A stretch of DNA of 64,000 nt from NCBI RefSeq assembly GCF_964194025.1, contig NC_134474.1, positions 65,100,001-65,164,000 of the forward strand. The letters are read 5' to 3'. This DNA is from Convolutriloba macropyga. Lineage: Eukaryota. Position 1 is the first letter of the stretch; every line of letters starts with the position of its first letter. Shown here one piece after another: positions 39,276 through 50,000 of the stretch. The translations under genes were made by a program, and so were the position numbers. Below the pieces are notes generated by a model. The model saw only the letters and a program-made list of their open reading frames with translations. It did not search any database and had not been told where the DNA came from.

Positions 39276-42200
39276 CTGAAACATCAACAAACATACAGCT
39301 AAACTGCATCAAATTTACAAGTCAATTATATACCGACTAACGTCACGCGAATTGCTATCAAACGACAGGCGCGGAAATTTACTTTAATGGGCGTCTTGCT
39401 TTGAAGTTAACTAACATAAGCGACTAACGTCTAACCGACTAACGAAATGCTCTCAAACGACCGGCGAGCGGTTGGCTTCGTCAGTAGCTAGCCACGGTAT
39501 AGTGAGAAAGCTTCAGCGTAATTGAAGGGACGTGAGGTGAGCGCAGCGGGGGGGGGGGTTGCACCGGGGGCTGATGGGCGGGGGGCAACAGCGGGGGAGC
39601 ACCGGTGGGAGGGCGGTTTTTGGCTGTACGGGGCCCTTAGAGCCTGAACGATGTGCAGGGATGGGGATTGGGGGGGGGGGGGGTGAAGTGAGAGGGGGCG
39701 GGGTGATGTGTGTGTGTGTGTGTGGGGGGGGGGGGGGGTGTCAACCTCTAAGAACCGCCCTACACACCATAAGTATGTCTCCAACAGTTTCTGTTGAAAG
39801 GCTCTCAGAGCACTTAATTCCCGCTGGGCGTTACCTGTTTATTCCGTTTTTGAGGACGAGAGGTCAAATGGGTCAGACAAAAAATCGGTCAAGCAAAAAT
39901 CGCATTAAAAAAGACCAACAGGACAAATATAATTGCTACAAACTTCGTTTGAGAGCAATTAAAAAGATGGTTTATTGAAAGATCACATAAAGATTTACTT
40001 AATGATTTACTTTAAGATTTACTTAAAGATCACTGAAAAACGAACGCAAGCGTGACAAAGTCCCTTCAGAAGTCAACAAATGTTCTAGAACAAAAGCGCA
40101 AGAACGGCCAAGCAAAACATTGCATAAAAAAGACACATGTTCATAATAATTGCCTCAAACTTCGGTCGAGAGCAAGTAAAAGCCTTCAGTTGTCGGCTGG
40201 AATGGATAAAACCACAATTTTACACTCATTTCTGAAATCAATTCAAACTAAACGACCTATTTAGCAGCTGATTACTCACAAATATTACTTACTCACAAAA
40301 ATATCGGCTACGCGAAACAGTATGATAGGGGGTCCTGGACACCAATCGTTATGTCATCAATGCTATCTTCTATAGCAGAAAAACAATCCGACGCTTTATT
40401 CTAATTCTGAAGAGATCGTTCTGTATGATATATGCACTAACATAATGAATGAACATAACCGATTAACGGCAGAGTCAAACTCTAAGAACCGCCTTTCACA
40501 CAATAAATTTATGTCTCCAAAACAGAGAATCCGGTACTTAGAGTCTAATAAGCCGAAATGCTCGAAGAGAACTTAATGCCCTCCGAGCGTTACCTGTTTA
40601 GCCCGTTTTTGAGGCGGAAAAGTCAAATGGGTCAGACGAAAAATTGGTCAAGCGAAAAATCGCTAAAAAAAGACCAACAGGACTAACATAATTGCAACAA
40701 ACTTCGTTTGAGAGCAATTAAAAATCTTACCTATTGGTAACATAACGAATTCACATTTACCTTTTGGTCAGCCTGGACTCCAATCAACGACTGTGTGTAG
40801 TACGATGCCGGCACTATATCCTCAATGATAGCTGTAACCATCCAAAACGTCTCCTCTTCCTCCATGAACAGCAGGAACGTCGCCGCAATTGTACCCATAC
40901 CTTGACAATACCCAATCTCTGGGTACAGCCAGGCAAGGGCACGCAGCACCCGTCTCAGCCTCGGAACCCCGTACGATATCCCAGACGAAAAGAGTGCATT
41001 ATTAGGCAACGTTCTCAGTAAGTCTTTCTCAATTTGGCGAGATGAAATTAAGTTATCGTCCATAGAGTGCTTCACAATTTCCACGTAGGAAATCTCAGAC
41101 TTGACCTGCTTCAGTCTCCCACCCCCGAGACGTGACCAAATTTGAGGTCGCATGCAGTGCGGGATTCCTTCTTTGACCAACATACGAAGTTTTTCCGATT
41201 TGGGTAGAATGTCATCGACCTTGTCCCAAGTGAGGTCTCCAAGGTCGTTATTGCAAGTGAACTCGAGATGAGCTACCCATCTGAGAACTAAATTTGGGTC
41301 ATCATTCAGAGGTTCACTTAGAAGTTGGATGCTATTTGGCTCTGCGTCATCTTCGCGGTCTTCTCGGAAGCCGAATTCGTCATACCTAAACGAATCTAAT
41401 TGTAATCAATGCTTTCGGAATTTTTCGAAATTTTGTAAATAGTATCAGAATAACAGCTAATAGCAAAACCTTTTGGTGACAACAGTAAAAAAAATTGATC
41501 CGCCATGCATCTCGTTTAAAACGGTTACGCTCCCATTGCCGTAAATACTACGGGCAAAATAATGACCAACACTGTTGTGAGAGGTCACTGGTTGAATAAG
41601 AAAAGGGGTTCAATGTGTCAAGACTTTCTGGAAGTATCGTCAAAAATAGTCCATAAAATGCTCAAACATTACACGAATCCCGCTACTAAAGAATCCAGAA
41701 TAGAATTGCAACAAGTATCATAGCTTGCGTGCAGAACGTATTTCAAGTAGAAGTACCTGAATTCGGGCGACAGTCTGTACTTCTCGCTTTGGGTCAACAC
41801 ACTCAAGATATCCTGTGGCCACATACTGGGAGTGAGAGCACTGAAGGGTCCATGGGCAGGAGGGAGGAAGGGTCCGAGAGGTTTGCCCAACTGGACCAGG
41901 AGTGGCTTGGAGGCTGAAGTACCCGGCTTGACCAGCACTCCTATGTCCTTGTCCAACCGACCACTTTTGTACACCTTAAAGAAATACTTTGCAAGCAAAT
42001 GAAGAGAAAAATGAGCGTTTGAGCATCTAATGATGTTTATAGTAGTTAACTCAAACTTGAATGTAATTCATTTTTCATGTACCTTTTTAATTGAGAAATT
42101 GAGACACATACAAGCAATGCAATCATTTTGTCAACTTGTGCTCGAAGCTCCGATTCCTGAATTAAAACAATCAATTCTCAAGATACTCTCCAGGTTTATA

Positions 42201-42492
42201 GAAACTTTCGTCAATTCACCAAGATCGCATTCTAACTGTATCGACAGAAATACTACTCTTACAAACTTATCAGCGGTTTTTGCAAAAAAAACTGGTTCAC
42301 CTTGGATATGTTTCTAGCTTCCTCCTCTTCGTCGAAAGAGCCACCTCGTTTGGCGTAGTAGCCCTGGACAAGACCAGGTGCGATACTCGACTTCATTAGT
42401 TGTCCAGGTAGCAATACCTTGGCCATGTCAAAGCAGTTCAAACTGTCCGCTCTGTTTACTGTCTCAGCCGCTACTTTCGTCGATATCGGCAT
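37701..42492 (-). CDS. SGSM3: Small G protein signaling modulator 3 (RUTBC3; TBC Rab-GAP, SH3 and RUN domains); exons 42492-42301, 41974-41757, 41385-40761, 39275-37701; ~869 aa
   Basis: Diagnostic motifs: GPFSALTPSMWPQDIL; PEFRYDEFGFR across the exon 2/3 junction; TBC motifs QIEKDLLRT and GYCQGMG; SH3 RAKALLDFERHDDDELGF...GWFPAKFV; RUN domain; C-terminal KEGVRDLLVKHHLFSWD. All junctions are GT-AG with consistent phases 0, 2, 0. Confidence 0.95.
39330..40177 (-). mobile_element. Nested family A HINE-like elements in SGSM3 intron 3 (outer 39330-40177, inner G-rich 39413-39960)
   Basis: Two hairpin/subTIR left ends (39330, 39413) and two right ends ttcgtttgagagcaatt (39960) and ttcggtcgagagcaagt (40177). 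Confidence 0.7.
40452..40719 (-). mobile_element. Internally deleted family A element
   Basis: Shares ctctaagaaccgcc...gtcagac..aaaattggtcaagc...acttcgtttgagagcaatt with 39413-39960 and 52753-53189. Confidence 0.75.
40761..41385 (-). CDS. SGSM3: SGSM3 coding exon 3 (TBC domain N-part)
   Basis: tttag|G TAT GAC GAA TTC GGC TTC (YDEFGF) ... GVQADQK|GTAAAT. Confidence 0.93.
41757..41974 (-). CDS. SGSM3: SGSM3 coding exon 2
   Basis: Contains GPFSALTPSMWPQDIL; acceptor tttaag|GTG, donor CAG|GTACTT. Confidence 0.88.
42301..42492 (-). CDS. SGSM3: SGSM3 probable coding exon 1
   Basis: ATG at 42492, 64 codons, donor AAG|GTGAAC, phase 0 into exon 2. No recognisable homology, so less certain than the other exons. 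Confidence 0.65.
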
Positions 42493-43196
42493 CGAGATTT
42501 ACCACTTTCTAGTTCATTTTACAAAATGAGCTCATTTGAAATACCTGAAAATTATTCATGTTCAGAAAATTCCTACTAAAATTAAAACATATGTGGATTA
42601 AACATGACAGCAGCCGAGAAAATGTGTGTGTGTGAAAATATTTGAAAATTTGACGAAAATCAACACACAATTTAAAAAAATCCAGATAGAGAGATTTAAA
42701 GATGATTAGCTAAACTTTAAGACCTAAAGCAAACTTAAAGCAAAAGGCTAAAGGCTCAAAATTCGATTTTCTCAAACAAAATCTTTGTCAAAAAAATCCA
42801 CCATTAATGAAGCTTGCACAAATTAAAGTTGAGTGTTTCTGTTGTCTGAACTTAATTTCTGCTGACACAAGAATTTAATCGGATATTTTTTCAAAAATTT
42901 CGATGCCGCAGAAAACATTGATGCCTCATCACATCGCAGAAAAGGAAATTTAAAAATCATTAAAAATAAACCAATAAGTTAACGACGCACTTTGCCTGAG
43001 CTACGCTGAGCTCTCCACTTCTTCTTTCACTTTGAGATTTGAAGTTAAACAATAACAATTAGACAAAAATTAGAACTGCTGTATAATCCAGCCATTAAAA
43101 ACTGTCTGCTAAAATCTGCAAAAACTTGAGCAGCCCCGAATTTCAAACTTTGGGTTGTTGTTCTATTTGTTTTTCTAATTTAAATATACGAATAAA

Positions 43197-43541
43197 AACA
43201 TATCAGACTACCGTCGGGAGAATTGCTCTCAAACGACCGGCTAGCAGTTGGCTTCGTCAGTAGCCAGCTACGGTTTAGTGAGGCTAACTTTAGCTTAATT
43301 GAAGGGGCGTGAGGTGAGCGCAGCGGGGGGGGGCACTGGGGGGTGGGGTGATTGATAGGGGGTAACGTTGGGGGTGGGGGTCTCTTGCTGCTCGGGGCCA
43401 CGTCCTTACGACCTGAACGATGTACAGGAGTGAGGATTGGGGTGGGGTTAAAGTGGGAGAGGAGTGAAGAGGTAAGCGAAAAATCGCATTAAAAAGACCA
43501 TAGGACTAATGTAAATGCTACAAACTTCGTTTGACATTAAT
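43197..43541 (-). mobile_element. Family A element (G-rich subtype) between TUBGCP5 and SGSM3
   Basis: aaacat-cagactaccgtcgg-aattgctctcaaacgaccggc...caaacttcgtttga. Confidence 0.75.
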
Positions 43542-43777
43542 TAATAAACACGCGTACAGAGCTGCAACATCGCACGAGGTTTCCGTGCATACAATTTCCA
43601 CCTTCTCTAAACAGTCGAAAATGCATCAGCACTTGAATAGAAAAGACGTAACACTCTCTATCTAGATCTCTGGTGTCGCATTTCTCAATCTTCAAAAATA
43701 TACACTTTATTATCTACTCTTCTAAACAAAAGTAAAATTCAAGTATTTACAAATTAGCACAACCAACAAAGTAAGTT

Positions 43778-44092
43778 TCAAGACAGCGCAAAAGCTAAAG
43801 ACTCTAAATGTTGAAAAGATCCTCGTTTGACAAACTTCCTGAGAAGTGACTGAATAAACGTGAATATATTATCAAATGTCTTGTAAGCCTGTTCAATTCC
43901 AGGCGCAACTGCGCTCAAATCCGCGTTTGAGTCTATAATCTTTTCAGATTGTTTCACGAATATGAGGAACGTGTTCAAAGCCGACATCAGAGCTGATCTC
44001 ACTTTTGAAGACTCTGCGTTGAGAAGACATCTGTTCTTGAGAGTCGAGGCAAATTCCTCCACTGAGGCCATAACGTCACTGATAGTTTGAGC
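43778..44092 (-). CDS. TUBGCP5: TUBGCP5 coding exon 4
   Basis: ctgttcag|GCT CAA (AQTISDV...); ends RGSFQHLESLAFALS*; AATAAA about 70 nt downstream (43706-43711). Confidence 0.88.
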   Translation of the reverse strand, partial: AQTISDVMASVEEFASTLKNRCLLNAESSKVRSALMSALNTFLIFVKQSEKIIDSNADLSAVAPGIEQAYKTFDNIFTFIQSLLRKFVKRGSFQHLESLAFALS

Positions 44093-47000
44093 CTGAACAG
44101 AGAAAGAAATCGTTGCCGACTGTTTAATTAATTTTGAAACAATCAAACTTTTCGAGAGCAGGGGAAAATATCAGATTTATTTGTATAAAATAGCTTCGAA
44201 AAATTTACATTCGGAGCCACTGTTTTAAAAAATATGAGCTCTTTGTTTGTATACCATGCTATGTTTGAACGTCATCGTTAACAAAATTGCAACCGATGTA
44301 TGCGAAATTACAAAATATGGTTAACCATTATTTTGTTCATTTTAATTGCTGACATGTAATGCAGAATCTTGACCACCTTATAAAGCCTAGTTATTTCGGC
44401 CCGCTTTAAGCTTTATTAAGTTTTTATTAAAGATAAGGAGCGTTCGGGAAACTTTGCAGGATTTGACAAAAAATGTTGATGACTGCCTATTCGGAACCAA
44501 AAGTATGTCTGCGATTCCATTTAAAAACGATAAAACTTAGCGGAGGGTAACTAACGGTCACATGTTTCAAAATTTTTATTTGAAAACTGTAAAAGGAGAG
44601 AGATGAAGATGAAGTGACAAATCATGTGAACACCTTTTCTCTCATTAGGATTGGAATTCTCTTCTAACATTTAACGTTCAAGTTCTTTCGAAGATAAATT
44701 GTTTTGTATTGAGGAACGGGAGATGAACCAAGAATTAAAAATATTGGGGGTAACTTTGACATGTATGGACATTCTAATTCGACCTGGCGTTCAACATCCG
44801 TTCAGTATCGGTGTTGAGGGAGGGCGGGGGAGGGGGGGGGGGGGGGCTGAAGAATTAACATATGTAATTCCAAATAAAGCTGGAGCCTAAAGTGTTCAAA
44901 TCATTCTATTTCTTCAAATTCTTGCTATGTCTGATATGTAGCACTAAGTGAAATCTCAAACTCTCCATTTTTCTCTACAAGTTCTATATGCTAAATAGTA
45001 CATGAAATTTCTTAGTACAACAAAGTTCACTTATATTGAAGTTATTACAAGATTTGCAGTGAGCCGAAATTAACCAAATAGGACAAATCGAACCTAGTTT
45101 CGACGAACAGCACACTTGTAAACAAAGATTGCGTCTTATCAATATGTTGCGGGGGCTCCTGTAAAGAATGAAATAATTGACCCCAAAACATTGATGACGT
45201 GATTAACCTTTTTAATGTTGACGTTCAGGAGACTGTGGGTCGCATGAACTATTCGCGTCATGAAATAGGTCTCCAAAACATTCACAAAGTGAATTATTCT
45301 AAATCTGAACCGGTAGAACAAATTCATCAATTTAGAACTAGTTCTTTCTTTTTGACCTTGAAAATATTTGTTCAACATCGATATCTTCAACCTGGTAGTC
45401 GAATATTTGGCCCATTTGATTTGAGATAGAAATACAAAAACTTGATTCAGAGTGTTGAAAACATCCGGCGAAAAGACGACACTAATAGGCCATCTCACGT
45501 TGACCATTATAACTAATTCTTTTAACTGGTTTATTACATTTTGGTTGAAACCCGAATCGTTTTTGACTGTAGAATTTATTGATGCTACAATATTTTCGTA
45601 AAACTCCTCTTGAAATCCGCCTCTATTGGCTTCGAAAACGTCTTGTAGTTTCAAGGTTAACATCGTCGGATCCTTCCATTTCTGTTTCCGTGAAATATCC
45701 TCAAAAAGGTCGAACAAAAACTCGTGCATTTCAGAAGCGTTTGACTGGAACAAATAAAGGGCCGAAATTCCGTTTGTAAACAACTCCATTTTAGCCGTTT
45801 TTATTTCAGAAAGCAGTAATCCATTAGCTAAATTCAAATCTTTTAAGATAAGTTGATATGTCGAACTTTTAGCACGCGAAATATTCCTTTTAAACAAAGG
45901 AATTGAGGCATCGACTAAATACTTTTCCGATTCATTGACTTTAATTTGAGTTTCAGCAAATTTCTCCAAATTGGTTGATGTATTTTGTTCGGAATCACTT
46001 TGAGCAAAAGATTGGTCGCGTTCAGCAACAGTTGTAGGTTCAAAATCAGATTTTGATTCATCAATTTTGAGCTCACTTTTATTTTCCGAAACGTCAAGCC
46101 AAAAGACCGAATTCAAATTTTTCTTGAATATTTCTGAAATGTCCGGCGGAAAATCTTTCGGTAAAAACTTTTCAGAGCTCGTTAGCATTTCAACTGATTT
46201 CGCTACATCAGTTAACTGTATGAAAAATTGACAATCGTCCCGGCTGAGAAAGTTAGCAGTTTCTGGTTGCAAGGAAAAAGCTTCTTTCCAGTACCTTGAA
46301 GAATTAATCGCAACTTCCGAATTCCTTTTGACGAAAAATTCGTTGGCTGTTGTTTGGTTCAAACCTCCGTAATTAATCCAGTTATGAAATATGTCTAATG
46401 AGCTACAGTACACAGCTGCGAATAAGTTGACAAAAGCCTTTATTGACAAAAAATTAGGAAAAGATTGTCCGAGTAAAAATTTATTCAGAATAAAGTTAGC
46501 CTGTTTCAGCAGCAACAAAGTGACTTTCGAAATGGCATGTGCCGCCAACTCCTTTTCTGGAAAAACTAAAATTTCTTGCATACTTGCGAATATTTCATTG
46601 CAAATAACTGCAAAAAATGCAAAAAATGGTTTCCAGTTTGATAATTCTTGGCAAAATTGAAGTAAAGTATAAGTAGTAAAATCATCTTTAGCTTTTTGCT
46701 CGATTTTGAGCAAAAATTCTTCAAAGAGCTGTAAAATTTCATGCCTAAAAGCTTGCGTGAATTTGGTTAATGCTAAACAGTTAACTACCGAATCAAAATC
46801 AACGCAAAGTTGTCGGCAAATTGTGACGTCATTTCTCAATTTAAGAACACTTTCAAGAGTTCGTTTTAGTGATTCGAAACTTAAATGGGTTAGAAAAATA
46901 TCAGAATTAACAATGAAACTTTCATTATCAAATGATCTGATAAAAATTGTCACGTTAATTTCATTACTCATAAGCGCCCAGATACATTCACGTATTATCG

Positions 47001-50000
47001 TAACTTCAGTTAAACATTTTGATGAAGATTTGACCGGTTTCATCAACGGGTTAAAGCTTCTCATAGCCACAAACGACCTACTAAAGAATGCATTTTCGTC
47101 GTTATTCGGATCAGAAATCAATTCCCGCTGAAGTTTCTCAAAATTTCGTCCCATCCGCCAATAGAATTTGCTTTCATCGATATTATGAAATGTGAACTCA
47201 ACGTGTTTTAAACTGAAAACATTTTCAACTTCATTTCCGCTGTTTTCAGAATCACTTGAGTGACCCGATTTCAAGTCAGTAGCCTCATCGTCCGAGGCTT
47301 CGAAAACTAGAGGTTCCTTTTGAAATCTGGCTGTTAACAATTCGAGTTGATTGTATGACTTGGATCGATTTTCTGATGTATTCTTAGCTTCGTCATCACA
47401 GTCCCAATCACTCAAATCTGATTGGTTATTGTCATCAACATCGGCATCATCATCCTAATAACAGAGCCCTTCTTACAAAAAAGCAAGTTAAATTCATAAC
47501 ACTGCAAAATGTTTACCTTCAACGTTATAGCGAGATTGAAATAGCTAACTTCATAACTCCTCATTGGTAAAATAAGGTCGCGTGAGCAATTATACATTAA
47601 AAAATCAAGAAAACTCGGCGCTATATTTACAAAAAATATTTTAAATAACCGATATCCGGGAGCGCCAATTTGCATTAAGCTGCGGTGTTACGTTCCATTG
47701 AGTTTGATTAAGACTTGATAGAAGCTAAAAGTATGTTAGCATTCTGTCGAAAAAACGAACTAGATTTTTTTTTCAATTAGGGCCCAAAACGGTAAAAAAA
47801 AACAATTTGTTGCAAATGAGGGGGCTAGGTTCCTGTCCTACTAAGCGATAAGAGTTGATAAAGAGCCGAATGTTCTGCTACAATTTTTTAGGAAGGTGAT
47901 GAAAATTTTCGGCCAATAGACGAGTTTCAGTTGAGTTATCTTTCTCATATGCCAAAACCACAGAAAAGCTTCGAAATACATAAACATAACTGGCAGATGA
48001 CCAGAACATAGCCGCAATAGCTTCGTAGATCTGCAGTCTCAAAAAGATAGTTAAAGAAACAAACCAAAACATAGCTGGCAGATTGCCAGAAAATAGCCGC
48101 AATAGATTCGTAGATCGGCAGTCTAAAAAAAACAGTAAAAAAGACAGACCAAAAAAATTCGTCTTTTCATTGAAGGCTGATCTGTTATATTTTGATTAAA
48201 AATCTGTATAAGTTATTGCTGCCTCTATTAGCTGATCTCAAATATCCTTCATTTAGAGTGATACACACCCATTTGATCTTATCTCTTTGAATTAAAGTAA
48301 ATAAAAGTCAATTTCAAAGTGAGGAAGTCATTTTTGAGAGTGAGGTAAGTCAAGTGTGACCAAAAATTTAATCACGCGCATGAACAAAAAAACTCGCTCC
48401 ACTAAGAGCGAAAAATGACGTCACACATGCAATTCAGTTGAAATTGCATGAACGAATGAACAAAAAATGGCTGTGACGTCATATGGTCGTAACAAAAATC
48501 ATGACGACGAAATAAAAAAAAACCAAGAGAAGGCCAATAATAGCCTCAGCTATCGCTGTGCGGCTATTAAAAACTTCCTTTCATTAAACGAAGTGGTGAG
48601 ATGTTATATTTTGACTAAGAATCTGTATAAAAAGAAAGCTGCTTCTGTTAGCTGGTCTTGAAAAACCTTCAATTTGACACACATTTGCTAATCTCTTTGA
48701 ACTAAAGCAAAGAAAAGTCGATTTGCGACAGAGGAAGCCCCTTTTGTGAGGTGACCAAAAACTTATTCACACGATTGAAAACTCGTTCCACTAAGAGTGA
48801 AAAATGAAGTCACGCATAAAATTCAGTTGAAATTGAATGAGCGAGTGAATGAAAAGCAGATTTGAAAAGGTTGTGACGTCATATGGTCTTAAGAAAAACT
48901 TTGGTCGACGGAATAAAAAACAGCAGGACAAGTCGTGTCCTGCAATATAAAGAATTTTCAAAAATAAAATACTAGACGTAGAATGCACAATAGATCGATA
49001 GTGAAATCCGCTAAAAATAAATCCGATCAAAACATTTTAAAAAATTAGCAAAAACCCAAGTCAAAGAGCCGCATGTGAACAAAAAAAATCGCCATCGAGA
49101 AAGCGAATTTTGTTCAAACGCCATTTTCTCACTTTGAAATTGGAGTGAAAACAATTTACGCCCCAAAACCACTCGCTTCTTTGCATCACTTCCTGTTTCA
49201 GTTAGACCAAATCATAACTTCAATTCGACTTAAAAATGTGTGAACAATGAGTGAAAATGTATGACCAGCTTCTAAACACAGCGCCCCAATACAATTAAAA
49301 TTTTTTGAGTTGTAAACGAAGCTGACAGATTGCCAGAAAACAGCCGAAATAAGCTGCTCTCAAATAACCTTCATTTAAATTGACACACACCCATTTGACC
49401 TTATTTCTTTGAATTAAAGTAAACAAAAGTCAATTTCAAAGTGAGGTACCCATTTTTGAGAGTAAGGTAAAACATTTGACCAAAAATTTACTCACGCGAA
49501 TGAACAAAACAACTAGCTCCACTAAGATTGAAAAATGACGTCACGCACGCACTTCAGTTGAACGAATGAACAAAAAGCAGAATTGAAGTGATTGTCATGT
49601 CATATGGTCGTAACAAAAATCTTGACGAAATAAAACATAGCCGGAAAATAGCCGCGATAGACGCTTGGGGCCTTCCATGAATTGAAACAACTAAAGAGAT
49701 TAGATAGACAGATCGACCACCAGTCCTTTAATAGACCACAAGCACTAGACTTTTTGGGTTAGCTTTGGACTGTCATTTTTATGAGACACATAAGCTCTGA
49801 GGAGAAAGCCCTAATAGGGCTTTTCAAAATTAGGATCTTTTCCGTTTGTGCCCCCTCAGCTTAGTGGGCGCATATTATTTGCATCCTCAGATGCACGTGC
49901 AATAATTTTTTACAAAATGACTTACTATGTAATGGCACGTGCTCTGTAACTGGGGGCGCATAACGTACTGGGGGCACAAACGGAGAAGACACCAAATTAA

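Noticed and set aside
39488-39978. Pro-rich and Gly-rich ORFs (also 43180..43401, 52839..53024)
   Set aside because: Translations of poly-G/C tracts inside repeats.
45199-47131. Antisense ORFs over TUBGCP5, SGSM3 and STN1 exons
   Set aside because: Shadow frames of real coding exons with no independent evidence.
47517-47675. ORF 47412..47675 as the first TUBGCP5 exon (donor AAG|GTAAAC)
   Set aside because: No GCP5 similarity; the exons at 51-52 kb supply the conserved N-terminus in the correct phase.
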